Below are positions 7,904-17,272 of a DNA stretch of 37,171 nt, in pieces (positions within the stretch are counted from its first letter, which is position 1; each line of letters opens with the position of its first letter). Origin of the DNA: Saprospirales bacterium (lineage in GTDB: Bacteria; Bacteroidota; Bacteroidia; Chitinophagales; Saprospiraceae); assembly GCA_003559985.1 (NCBI GenBank), contig PWJP01000241.1:1-37171 (forward strand). The letters are read 5' to 3'. The position numbers and the translations under genes are program-made. The notes beneath the pieces are model-generated. The model was not told where the DNA came from, searched no databases, and worked only from the letters and a program-made list of their open reading frames with translations.

Positions 7904-7942
7904 AAAACCCGCTGCCGGTAAATCCTGGTTAGCGGGTTTTTT
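7904..7942 (+). terminator. Rho-independent terminator of the baeRF-like gene
   Basis: AAAACCCGCT (7904-7913) pairs with AGCGGGTTTT (7931-7940) around a 17-nt loop and runs into T6. It lies 45 nt after the stop codon. Confidence 0.75.
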
Positions 7943-8298
7943 AATGCAGTTATAAGTGGTGAAAAATAAAGAAATCCTACAAGAATGGTTGAATTATGGA
8001 GCCTCGACGCTGCAAAGTAATTCTTTTCAAAACATACCATTTTCAAAGATTAAGTGAATGTTAATTTATTTTTGTTGCTCAATGACAATATAAATTTCAG
8101 ACAATCAGCATTTAAGGTATTACTAAAAAATGCAAATCGAAAAATTTTCCCCTTTATAATGCCTGAGAGCAGGATAAAATTTTATAGCTTTACGGAATTG
8201 TTAAGCAGCGGTTAAGACCTTTTGATCGATTAGAAAGTAGTTGCGAGAAAAAAGGATAGAAATGTAAATCATTCAGTTAGTCAATAAAAACTTAGCTT

Positions 8299-11256
8299 AT
8301 GAAACAACTTTTATTAATTGCGTTTTCGGTCCTGTTTACGATGGGCCAATTGTACGGACAGCGTACGATTTCAGGAACGGTAACAGATTCAGAAAATGAA
8401 CCACTCATTGGTGCACTAGTCAGTGTGGTGGATGCTGAGAATGTTGCCACTATTACCGATTTTGACGGGCGATTTGAATTTGATGTACCCGATGGTGCTG
8501 AAGCCATTCAGATATCCTATCTCGGCTATCAGACTCAGGTACTCGAATTAGGCCCTGGTGATGTTTATGATGTTGTTATGGCAGAAGGTGACCTCGCATT
8601 AGATGAGGTAATTGTAGTTGCTTACGGAGAGCAGACCAGAAGGTCTCTGGTTTCCAGTGTCTCTACCATCGACAGCAGGGCAATAGACAACATCCCGGCC
8701 GTTTCACCTCAAGAGGTATTGCAGGGTCAAACTTCAGGAGTCCAGATAGTGAATTCTTCAGGAGTTTTGGGAGCTGCTACTAATATACGTATTAGAGGTG
8801 TTGCTTCAATCAATGCCGGAGGTCAACCACTATTCGTTGTGGATGGTGTTCCATTAAACGATGGGTCCTATTCCAATGCATTGGGAGCTGGAACTGGTCT
8901 GAATCCACTGTTGAATATGTCAATGGATGACATTGAGTCTATTTCTGTTTTGAAGGATGCAGCAGCAGCTTCTCTCTATGGTTCCAGAGGTTCCAATGGT
9001 GTTGTATTGATAACTACCAAGCAGGGAAGAAGTGGTACTAATAATGTCACTTTTAGAACCTCCTACGGTTTTGGTAGTCCTACTGAAACCTACGATATGA
9101 CCAATTCAGAGGAATTTTTGACAATTTTGGGAGCTCCTGTTCCCGAGGAGGTTCCTTTCTTTGACTGGCAAGATGCAGTGGTGCGAGATGCGACCTCTTT
9201 CCGCACTTCATTGAGCTTTGACGGAGGTAATGAAAGCACCACCTATTATGTGGGTGTTTCTTACTCAGATGAAGAAAATTATGTGCTAGGAAATGAGATG
9301 GAGAAATTGAGTGGAAGACTCAATCTCAATCACAGGGTAAGTGACCAATTCCGCCTGGGTGCAAATATGTCTGTGAGCAGGGCAGATATGGGTCGAATTT
9401 ATGCTGAGAACAGCACCTTTGCACCATTGACCTCTGCGTATTTGCAAGATCCAAGAGTCCAGGCCTTTAATCCAGATGGATCACCAACAATACCTGGTTT
9501 TATCCCAAACATTGTTGCAATTTATAATTTGAGTGTCAATGAATTTATTTCTGACAGAACTACTGGAAATATCTTTGCCGAATACGTCATTCCCGGAATT
9601 GGAAATGGTGAAGTTACGCTCAGATCTGATTTTGGTATAGATCATTTGGCAACCAGTGAGACCTTTAGAAATCCTGAGGTAATTAGTCCAGGTGGATATG
9701 GTTACAAAAGGATAATCCAGGATGAAAAATGGCTGACTACCAATACTGCCAGATACAATACTCCTATTGGAGACCGGTCTAGCTTGAATTTCCTGGCAGG
9801 TCAAAGTTTTGAAACCTCTCTGTTACAATCGACTGCCGTTGAAGCCAGTGGTTTCGCTGCAGATGACTTGAGAAACGTGGCAAGTGGTGCTTCACCCTCC
9901 ATCACATCTGCAACGAGAACAGAGTGGGCATTGGCATCTTATTTCGCCAGATTCCAGTACGATATCGGGAATACCTATTTCTTTGAGGCTTCTATCAGAA
10001 GAGATGGATCATCCAGGTTTGGTGCTGACAATAGATGGGGTAACTTTTGGGCAGTTGGTGCTGGATGGAATATGAGCCGTGAGCCTTTCCTTGCAGGATC
10101 TGAATTATTTACAGATGTTCGCCTCCGAACAAGTTATGGAATTACCGGAAATGACAGAATTGGTAACTTTGGATCCAGAGGATTATACGGTGCAGGAACA
10201 GCTTCTGATTATGCCGGAATGCCTGGTTTGAGGCCCATACAGGCTGAAAATCCTGATCTGAGATGGGAGCAAACTGCTCAGTTTGATATTGGAATCAGCG
10301 CCAGGATTGCGGATTTCATGGATTTGGGCATCTCCTTCTGGCACAAAGATACTGAGGACCTGTTGCTCGATAGACCGATTTCTCAAACCAGTGGATTTGG
10401 TGTTATTACGGAGAATGCCGGAGATATGGTAAACACAGGAGTTGATATAGATTTTAACTTTGATGTATTCCAAAACCAGGATTGGAACATCTCTATTGGT
10501 GGTAACATTAGCTTTGCTGATAACGAGGTTAAAAGTCTGCCAAATGCAACAGAAGATGAAGATGGAAATAAATTCGTTGCCGGAACTGCTTCACAAAGAG
10601 CTGTGGTTGGTCAATCTGCCAATGAATTCTATCTGATTAGATATCAGGGAATTAATCCTGAAACGGGTAATGCTGAATGGTTGGATCGGGACGGAAATCC
10701 CACCACCAGTCCGGTTCAGGCTGACAGGGTTTACGTTGGCTCAGCCATACCTGATTTTGTAGGTGGTTTGAACTTCAACGTAGGGTACCAAAACTTTACT
10801 TTGAGCGGACTCTTTAATTTCACCTATGGAAATATGGTAATGATTGACGACCTTAGGTTTACAGAGAATCCGGTATCAGGATTTAATAAGTCCACTATTT
10901 TGTTGGATGCTTGGGAGCAACCAGGTGACCAGGCTTTTGCGCCGGCAGCAGATAGCCCCACCCGCAATACTTTTGCACAACGTTCAACCTTGCAACTTAT
11001 GGACGGGTCGTACATGAGGCTGAAAACTCTTACCTTGAATTACAGTTTGCCGGTGCGTGAGCTCGGAATTGATTGGATGAAGGGTTTGAATATCTACTTC
11101 AGGGGTAACAATTTGTTGACCTTCAAAGACTCTGATTTCAGAGGACAGGATCCGGAAGTATCTGATTCTGGTACTAGCAATCTGGTTCAGGGTGAGTCTT
11201 TCTTTGTTATTCCACAGAGAAAAATGTACACATTTGGACTTAACGTTACCTTTTAA
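8299..11256 (+). CDS. SusC/RagA-family TonB-linked outer membrane protein
   Basis: A signal peptide is followed by a carboxypeptidase-regulatory-like domain (RTISGTVTDSENEPLIGALVSVVD...FDGRFEF). A plug region follows (DEVIVVAYG, SGVLGAATNIRIRGVASI, PLFVVDGVP, LKDAAAASLYGSRGSNGVVLITTKQG). A long beta-barrel ends in FGLNVTF. Confidence 0.95.
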   Translation: MKQLLLIAFSVLFTMGQLYGQRTISGTVTDSENEPLIGALVSVVDAENVATITDFDGRFEFDVPDGAEAIQISYLGYQTQVLELGPGDVYDVVMAEGDLALDEVIVVAYGEQTRRSLVSSVSTIDSRAIDNIPAVSPQEVLQGQTSGVQIVNSSGVLGAATNIRIRGVASINAGGQPLFVVDGVPLNDGSYSNALGAGTGLNPLLNMSMDDIESISVLKDAAAASLYGSRGSNGVVLITTKQGRSGTNNVTFRTSYGFGSPTETYDMTNSEEFLTILGAPVPEEVPFFDWQDAVVRDATSFRTSLSFDGGNESTTYYVGVSYSDEENYVLGNEMEKLSGRLNLNHRVSDQFRLGANMSVSRADMGRIYAENSTFAPLTSAYLQDPRVQAFNPDGSPTIPGFIPNIVAIYNLSVNEFISDRTTGNIFAEYVIPGIGNGEVTLRSDFGIDHLATSETFRNPEVISPGGYGYKRIIQDEKWLTTNTARYNTPIGDRSSLNFLAGQSFETSLLQSTAVEASGFAADDLRNVASGASPSITSATRTEWALASYFARFQYDIGNTYFFEASIRRDGSSRFGADNRWGNFWAVGAGWNMSREPFLAGSELFTDVRLRTSYGITGNDRIGNFGSRGLYGAGTASDYAGMPGLRPIQAENPDLRWEQTAQFDIGISARIADFMDLGISFWHKDTEDLLLDRPISQTSGFGVITENAGDMVNTGVDIDFNFDVFQNQDWNISIGGNISFADNEVKSLPNATEDEDGNKFVAGTASQRAVVGQSANEFYLIRYQGINPETGNAEWLDRDGNPTTSPVQADRVYVGSAIPDFVGGLNFNVGYQNFTLSGLFNFTYGNMVMIDDLRFTENPVSGFNKSTILLDAWEQPGDQAFAPAADSPTRNTFAQRSTLQLMDGSYMRLKTLTLNYSLPVRELGIDWMKGLNIYFRGNNLLTFKDSDFRGQDPEVSDSGTSNLVQGESFFVIPQRKMYTFGLNVTF

Positions 11257-11281
11257 CATCAAATCTTAAAAAATTATACTT

Positions 11282-12673
11282 ATGAAAAATATATTAGTAT
11301 TATTCTTCCTTTCCTTTCTCCTGATTGCATTCACAGGATGTGAAGACGATCTGGAACTGCAACCGGAACAGGAATTATCAATTGAAGGTGCCTTCTCCAA
11401 TGAGGTTGCTGCCAGGGCCAGTTTGACGGGTGCTTATGGTCGTATCATGTTTCTGGATGTTTTTGGAGCGATGCCTCAAATTATTGCTGACTTTCAGGCT
11501 GACAATGTTGATTTTATTGGGTCATTTCCCACACTGCAGGACATTAGAAACAGTTCTGTCCTCGCTGACAATACATCCATAGGTGCCATTTTTCGTGACC
11601 ATTATCGCGCTATTCTTGCTGCCAATGCTGTAATTGACAGAGTGCCGGGCGTTGACGATCCCGGATTTAGCGAGGAAGAAAGGGCAGCAGTGATTGCTGA
11701 AGCCAAGTTCATCCGTGCCAAAGTCAATTTCAGTTTGGTTAATTTATTTGCCCAGCCTTATACTTTTGACGATGGAGCTTCGCCTGGTATTGCAATTGTT
11801 ACTGAGCCTGATGTATTGGACGGAGATTTTATCTTCCCTCCCAGGAGTTCGGTTGCCGAGGTTTACAATGCCATTGAAAATGACCTTCTCGAGGCTGTTG
11901 ATGATTTGCCTGAAGTAAATGGCAGAATTAGGGCGAGCGTCGGTGGTGCCAATGCCCTTTTAAGCAGATTGTACCTTTACAAAGGCGATAACGTACAGGC
12001 TGCCGAGCGTGCTCAAATGGTTATTGACGAGGGCAATTATGCACTCGCTCCCAATTACAATTTTTACAACCAATTGACCGCTGAAACCATCTTTGATGTA
12101 GCAATGTCAGCTGCAGACAACTCCAGGACCGGTTCAGGTGGTTGGGCTTCTTTTTACAATCCTGCAGAACTGGGTGCAAGAGGTGATTGTCCTTTCTCAG
12201 ATGACTTACTGGAAGCTTTTGAGGAGGGCGACCGTCGATTCCTTGACCTGCATCAGGTTGATGCTTCTGGGGAATTGATTTACACCACAAAGTTTCCCGA
12301 TGCTCAATCAAATTCAGATAATGCTCCTATGATTAGAATCACAGAGGTTTATTTGAATCGCGCTGAAGCACTTGCTAAAATGGCCAATGGTGTGGATGAT
12401 GAAGCCCTTGAGATTATCAATACCTTGAGAGAAAGAGCTGGTTTGGATGGTTTTGAAGCCGGTGATTTTGCAGATGGTGACGATTTTCTCATGACTATTT
12501 TGGACGAAAGACGTAAGGAGCTTTGCTTTGAGGGTCATCGCAGAATGGACTTGTTGAGAAATGGCTTGCCTATTATCAATGGGTTGATGCCAGGTGACAA
12601 TCAAACTATCATGCCAATTCCTGTAAGAGAGATTGACCTCGGTTCTTCCCTTCCACAGAATCCCGGGTATTAA
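11282..12673 (+). CDS. SusD/RagB-family nutrient-binding outer membrane lipoprotein
   Basis: It starts 25 nt after the SusC stop and has a lipoprotein signal (LLIAFTGCEDD). SusD-like motifs seen: EAKFIRAKVNFSLVNLF, LLSRLYLYKGD, RITEVYLNRAEA, ILDERRKELCFEGHRRMDLLR. Confidence 0.93.
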   Translation: MKNILVLFFLSFLLIAFTGCEDDLELQPEQELSIEGAFSNEVAARASLTGAYGRIMFLDVFGAMPQIIADFQADNVDFIGSFPTLQDIRNSSVLADNTSIGAIFRDHYRAILAANAVIDRVPGVDDPGFSEEERAAVIAEAKFIRAKVNFSLVNLFAQPYTFDDGASPGIAIVTEPDVLDGDFIFPPRSSVAEVYNAIENDLLEAVDDLPEVNGRIRASVGGANALLSRLYLYKGDNVQAAERAQMVIDEGNYALAPNYNFYNQLTAETIFDVAMSAADNSRTGSGGWASFYNPAELGARGDCPFSDDLLEAFEEGDRRFLDLHQVDASGELIYTTKFPDAQSNSDNAPMIRITEVYLNRAEALAKMANGVDDEALEIINTLRERAGLDGFEAGDFADGDDFLMTILDERRKELCFEGHRRMDLLRNGLPIINGLMPGDNQTIMPIPVREIDLGSSLPQNPGY

Positions 12674-12723
12674 TACCCGTAGGTTAGATTGATACCTAGT
12701 CGATCTTATCGATTTAAGAATTA

Positions 12724-12761
12724 TTGCCGATCGGAATTGGTTTCCGGTCGGCAATTTTTTT
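12724..12761 (+). terminator. Rho-independent terminator after the SusC/SusD pair
   Basis: TTGCCGATCGG (12724-12734) pairs with CCGGTCGGCAA (12744-12754) with one G-U pair, followed by T7. Confidence 0.75.
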
Positions 12762-13041
12762 GATTGAAGGGATTCAGATGAACTTCGTTGCATTTGTTTG
12801 GATGCATTCTCCAGATCGTAGGTTTTTTAGATTCCTTCCCTTTTGCCATTTTGCGAATGCGCATATTTTACAAGTATAAATGCCTCTTTAACAATTGAAT
12901 ATGTTATGATGCTGTGGTTTTCCGCTTTTACTGGAAAAATTCTTAGAAAAAAGCACTGTTGGTGCCACATCATGCTACTTTGATGGGTTGTATATAATAC
13001 ACTACATATTTTCAAGCCAGGACCTCATTTGGTTGGGGATT

Positions 13042-13070
13042 TTGTTTTTGGAAAAAAAGTGGTAAATTTG
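13042..13070 (+). promoter_or_regulatory. Bacteroidota-type promoter (TTG-N18-TAAATTTG) for the beta-helix T9SS gene
   Basis: TTG at 13042-13044 and TAAATTTG at 13063-13070, 33 nt upstream of the ATG at 13103. Confidence 0.45.
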
Positions 13071-13102
13071 GTAAAATACTAGTCAACAATTCTTAATATG
13101 TG

Positions 13103-16100
13103 ATGTCTTGCGGAGGTCATTTCCGGTTGGTACAAAATACAATGCTCTTAATTGCTTTGGCATGTACCCTAATGACATTCACACCCCTTACTTCCTTTTC
13201 TCAGGTTATTTTCGTGGATCACTCCGCCGCTGGCGCGAATGATGGCACCTCCTGGGAAGATGCATATACCGATTTACAAGGTGCCTTGCAGCAGGCCGAC
13301 TTTGGAGATGAAATCTGGGTGGCCGGTGGTACTTATCATCCCACTTCCCATGATGGAGACCGTTCAGCCAGGTTTGTGTTGCCCGATGGGGTTGCACTGC
13401 TGGGAGGTTTTGGAGGCTTTGAAGAGAATGCATCTGAGCGAAACTTTAACCTATTCAGGACTACGCTTAGTGGAGACATCAACCAAACTGGCTCTTTGTA
13501 TGGGAACTCCCATACTGTACTCGACATATCAAATACTAGTCGCGAGTCGCTGGTTGATGGATTTACCATTATCGGCGGCAATGCCGAGATAATCGCTGCA
13601 GATGGATATCCCAGGAATAATTCAGGAGGGGGGATTTATAACGACGGGGGTGGTGCTACCATAGCAAATTGCGTAATATCCGGAAATTCTGCCAATCAGG
13701 GAGCTGGTATGGCCAATGTCAATGGCGCCGATGTTTATATGGTCAATACGGTTTTCCGGAACAATGAAGTTATTGTCCCCGGTGGTGGCGGTGGATTGTT
13801 GAATGCCGATGATTCCCGCCTCGATATTTTAAACTGTACTTTTGAGGGCAATACATCTCAAACCTCAGGGGGCGCTATTCTCAATATATACAATTCTGAT
13901 CTGTACATTATTCAATCTGAATTTCTCAATAATGAGGCAATTAATGGTGCGGTAATCTCGGTTTTCCAGAACTCTGATATAAAAATATCCAGATCTATTT
14001 TTCAAGGGAATCGTGTAATTGGTTACGGGGGGGTAATAGCTTCCATCTTGCACAATCAAATCCATATTGACAATTCCATAATAACCGGAAACATTGCCGA
14101 GAACGGCGGAGCATTCTATGCGGAAAAAAGTCAGTTTGACTTGTATAACGTTACGGCCATTGGAAATGCAGCTCACGCAAAAGGAGGTCTTATTTTTGAC
14201 CAGCTAAATTCCACCTTTAATTTTTACAATAGCATCCTTTGGGAGAACAAACTCAGTGATCCCGAATCCCCACCCTGGGAATTCAACTACAGTGCCGGGG
14301 ATTCATCAACCCTGGGATTTTATCACTCTATAATTCACGGTTCCGGGGGCAGTGATGCTTGGAATTTGGAGGATGCTTATGATGGAGGAGGCAATCGAGA
14401 TTTTGATCCCAAACTGGTCGCAGCCATAGATGCCATTCACGCTCCATCTACCTATGGAGATTTTCGACTTACTGAATGTTCTCCTGCTGTTAATTTTGGC
14501 AGTAATGACTACACCGATGGTATTTCTTCAGTGGATTTCCAGGGCAATCGGCGCATTATTGATGGTATTGTCGATATGGGTGCTTATGAGTTTGATGATG
14601 AGATCCCTCCCCCTGAAATTTCCTGTAAAGAAATTGTCATAGAGTTGGAGGCCAATGGCAATATGTCCCTCCCGGTCAATGACCTTTATGTAGTTATTGA
14701 TTCCTGTGGTCCAGTGGAAGGACAGGTTTTTGGAATGGATTCCATTGATTTAGATTGTTCCAATATCGGCACAAATTATTTTACAGTTTATGCAAAGGAC
14801 CTCTTCTCGGAGAAATCTGATTCCTGCGAACTCAGTCTTGAAGTGCTGGAGCCGACCTATCGCTTTACCATCAATGGAATAGAAGTGCATCCCGGTGACG
14901 AACTCACTTTTTGCCCCGGAGTGCCGTTGGAACTCGCACTGCATGACTCTATGGCCAATTCTGCTCCCATCCTTTCGGACTTTAGACTTGGGATGGAAAC
15001 TGTGCACGAGGATATTTGGATGGATTATGAAGGCGAATTCTTTGAGTTTGTAAAGGAGGAAGAGGACGTTTATCCACTTACTTTTCTATCCATTGAGGAT
15101 GCAAATGGCTGTGTGTTGGGGGAAGATCTCGCTTCGCAATACTTTTTTTTCATCAATATCAAAGCCTCCACGGATACCACTTTGTTAACGAACAAGCTTT
15201 GCAGAGGGGATAATTTCAGAGGCAGAATAATCAGTAGTGATACCGTATTCTACAGCACCTACTCAAATCTAAAGGGCTGCGACAGCATTGTTATTGACAA
15301 TATTGAGGTGTATGATTCACCGGAACTGACTTTAGAGGCCGACACTGTAATTTGCAGTGGATCATATGCTGAAATTACGGCCTCAGAAGGGTTCATTTCT
15401 TACGAATGGGAGAAAAATTCTGAGGATGTAAGGCAAATAAAGGTTTATACAGGCGGGGTTTACAGCCTGACAGCACGAGATGAGTACGACTGTCAATTTG
15501 ACAAGGAGATATACATTCTGGAGCCAACTCCCATTGATGCTGATATTATTGTACAACCGGCTACCTGTCCAAGTGCGGAGGATGGTCTTATTCAACTTGA
15601 GTGGATTTCCCTGGAAGAGGGAGATTTTGTTTTGTCTATTGATGATGAGAAGATTCCGCCCTCTTATATTTTCAGAGGTTCTACGGGATTATATTCACTC
15701 GCCATCGAGGATCAATTCGGCTGCCGACACGAAGAGTGGATTGGTATTGACTACAAAGTCGATCCCTTTGTGGAAATATTGGGTCCTGCTGAAATAGAAT
15801 TGGGTGATTCCCTGATCTTGAGGGCAAATACTAACCTGCCACAGCCAGATTGGGCCGAATGGCTCTTAAATGACCGACCTGTAGGAGAGGGTTTGACGCT
15901 AGGGATTCTTCCCGATGATGACCTCCTTGTTGAGGTTGAAGTGATAGGACGTTCTAATTGCCGCGCAAGTGCGATGAAATATGTTGAAGTGTACGAGCCG
16001 GCCCAGGTTTACATTCCCAATGCTTTTTCACCCAACCGCGATGGGATCAATGATTTCTTTACTGCCTTTGCCGATGAGGATTATCTGATAGAAAAACTTC

Positions 16101-16288
16101 TGATCAAGGACCGATGGGGGAACACGCTTTACCGCGTGGAAGGCATCCCCGCCAATATGCCCGAATTGGGGTGGAATGGGGAAATTAACGGTCAGGTTTT
16201 GAATCCAGGAGAGTATCTGTATCTGATTGAGCTAAGAGACAGCAGGGAACTTCATCAATTCAGCGGTACAGTTACGCTGTTGAGATAG
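13103..16288 (+). CDS. Secreted right-handed beta-helix repeat protein with Ig-like modules and a T9SS type B (gliding-motility-associated) C-terminal sorting domain
   Basis: A signal peptide is followed by repeated GG.I.N / N.A..GGA beta-helix rungs. It also has FQGNRRIIDGIVDMGAYEF and a Cys-framed Ig-like module (ISCKEIVIELEANGNMSL...DCSNIGTNYFTVYAKD...SCELSLEVLEP). The C-terminus VYIPNAFSPNRDGINDFF...DRWGNTLY...WNGEINGQVLNPGEYLYLI is diagnostic of the type B CTD. GTG at 13100 and ATG at 13142 are alternative starts. Confidence 0.9.
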   Translation: MSCGGHFRLVQNTMLLIALACTLMTFTPLTSFSQVIFVDHSAAGANDGTSWEDAYTDLQGALQQADFGDEIWVAGGTYHPTSHDGDRSARFVLPDGVALLGGFGGFEENASERNFNLFRTTLSGDINQTGSLYGNSHTVLDISNTSRESLVDGFTIIGGNAEIIAADGYPRNNSGGGIYNDGGGATIANCVISGNSANQGAGMANVNGADVYMVNTVFRNNEVIVPGGGGGLLNADDSRLDILNCTFEGNTSQTSGGAILNIYNSDLYIIQSEFLNNEAINGAVISVFQNSDIKISRSIFQGNRVIGYGGVIASILHNQIHIDNSIITGNIAENGGAFYAEKSQFDLYNVTAIGNAAHAKGGLIFDQLNSTFNFYNSILWENKLSDPESPPWEFNYSAGDSSTLGFYHSIIHGSGGSDAWNLEDAYDGGGNRDFDPKLVAAIDAIHAPSTYGDFRLTECSPAVNFGSNDYTDGISSVDFQGNRRIIDGIVDMGAYEFDDEIPPPEISCKEIVIELEANGNMSLPVNDLYVVIDSCGPVEGQVFGMDSIDLDCSNIGTNYFTVYAKDLFSEKSDSCELSLEVLEPTYRFTINGIEVHPGDELTFCPGVPLELALHDSMANSAPILSDFRLGMETVHEDIWMDYEGEFFEFVKEEEDVYPLTFLSIEDANGCVLGEDLASQYFFFINIKASTDTTLLTNKLCRGDNFRGRIISSDTVFYSTYSNLKGCDSIVIDNIEVYDSPELTLEADTVICSGSYAEITASEGFISYEWEKNSEDVRQIKVYTGGVYSLTARDEYDCQFDKEIYILEPTPIDADIIVQPATCPSAEDGLIQLEWISLEEGDFVLSIDDEKIPPSYIFRGSTGLYSLAIEDQFGCRHEEWIGIDYKVDPFVEILGPAEIELGDSLILRANTNLPQPDWAEWLLNDRPVGEGLTLGILPDDDLLVEVEVIGRSNCRASAMKYVEVYEPAQVYIPNAFSPNRDGINDFFTAFADEDYLIEKLLIKDRWGNTLYRVEGIPANMPELGWNGEINGQVLNPGEYLYLIELRDSRELHQFSGTVTLLR

Positions 16289-16305
16289 TCCCTTTATAAA
16301 TCGCT

Positions 16306-16647
16306 CTATTCTTTGAGATCATCCCAGAACTCCACAGCCCGTCTCGAATGAGGTATGCAAATGGATCCGCCCACCAGATTTCCGATGGCCAGTATCTCAA
16401 AAAATTCTTCCTCATTAAGCCCATTTTCGGCACATTTTTCCACGTGATAGGCAATGCAATCGTCGCATCGCAAAACCAGTGATGCTACCAGACCCAGCAT
16501 CTCTTTGGTCTTTACCGGCAGTGCTCCCTCTTCATAGGTTGAATTGTCCAGGCTGAAAAATCGCTTTAGGTTTTTATTGGGATGGCTCAAAATGCGCTGA
16601 TTCATCCTGGAGCGGTAGTCGTTAAATTCTTCTGATAATTTGCCCAT
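16306..16647 (-). CDS. Carboxymuconolactone decarboxylase (AhpD-like) family protein
   Basis: KTKEMLGLVASLVLRCDDCIAYHVEKC contains the CxxC..H signature of the CMD/AhpD fold. The 113-aa size is typical. Confidence 0.8.
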   Translation of the reverse strand: MGKLSEEFNDYRSRMNQRILSHPNKNLKRFFSLDNSTYEEGALPVKTKEMLGLVASLVLRCDDCIAYHVEKCAENGLNEEEFFEILAIGNLVGGSICIPHSRRAVEFWDDLKE

Positions 16648-16658
16648 GGTATTGTTTG

Positions 16659-17168
16659 TTAGATTCCCCTCTCATTGGTCTGTCTCCATACGGACACGAT
16701 CATTCGCAGGAAAAAGAGTATTCCCGCTATGAAGGTACCCGATGCAAAAAAGATCATCTGGTTTTTTATGTAGCTGTTAAGGTTGGTTTGCCGGTCGTAA
16801 CTCAGGCCGGGCATCAATTCACTCATTGTTGCCTCATCCATGAAGGTCTGAAAATAGGCGAACTTGCCCCCCATGTAGAATAAAAGTGCCGGGGTGAGCA
16901 ATGCAAAGCTCAATTTTGCCCAAAAGCTCAGCTTCAAAACGGAGTATTTCAAAAGGACCACATGGCGGGAGTAGTGAAAAAAGAGCAGAATAAAGGCCAC
17001 ATTGATGTAGGTAAATGGATACCCCTCCACTTCGCCTAGAATGGGAAGCATGACCGCGAAGATCAGTATCAGTGAAAACATCCACCAAACCAGCTCCATC
17101 CACCAGAGGTATTTTTTCTCCTCCTCGGAAACTGGAACCCTTTTTGGTTTGTAACTGTAATTTCCCAT
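16659..17168 (-). CDS. Hypothetical integral membrane protein (about 4-5 TM helices)
   Basis: Several hydrophobic segments are present (WMFSLILIFAVMLPILG, YINVAFILLFFHY, LSFALLTPALLFYMGG, MIFFASGTFIAGILFFL). Its stop lies 11 nt upstream of the CMD gene start. I recognise no family. Confidence 0.6.
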   Translation of the reverse strand: MGNYSYKPKRVPVSEEEKKYLWWMELVWWMFSLILIFAVMLPILGEVEGYPFTYINVAFILLFFHYSRHVVLLKYSVLKLSFWAKLSFALLTPALLFYMGGKFAYFQTFMDEATMSELMPGLSYDRQTNLNSYIKNQMIFFASGTFIAGILFFLRMIVSVWRQTNERGI

Positions 17169-17272
17169 CCTTGCTCGGTTATGAGTGTTATCTGATAATA
17201 GTTATGTGGGTTGAGTTTTCTGCTTCGGATGCACCAATCCCCCAATGGTGTACTTTATTCCAGGTGCCGAAA

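Noticed and set aside
12851-12968. The 8-mers TTGCGAAT (12851 and 33065) and GGTGCCAC (12961 and 33021) are shared between the upstream regions of two T9SS cargo genes. I considered them as a possible common regulatory motif.
   Set aside because: Two 300-nt sequences are expected to share about one or two 8-mers by chance. The order of the two motifs is also inverted between the regions.
12827-13015. A 62-aa minus-strand ORF in the spacer between the SusD terminator and the beta-helix gene.
   Set aside because: It has no promoter box on its strand and no recognisable motif. Its composition is Cys/His/Trp-rich and typical of a random ORF in AT-rich spacer. It also overlaps the region that probably holds the promoter of the downstream + gene.
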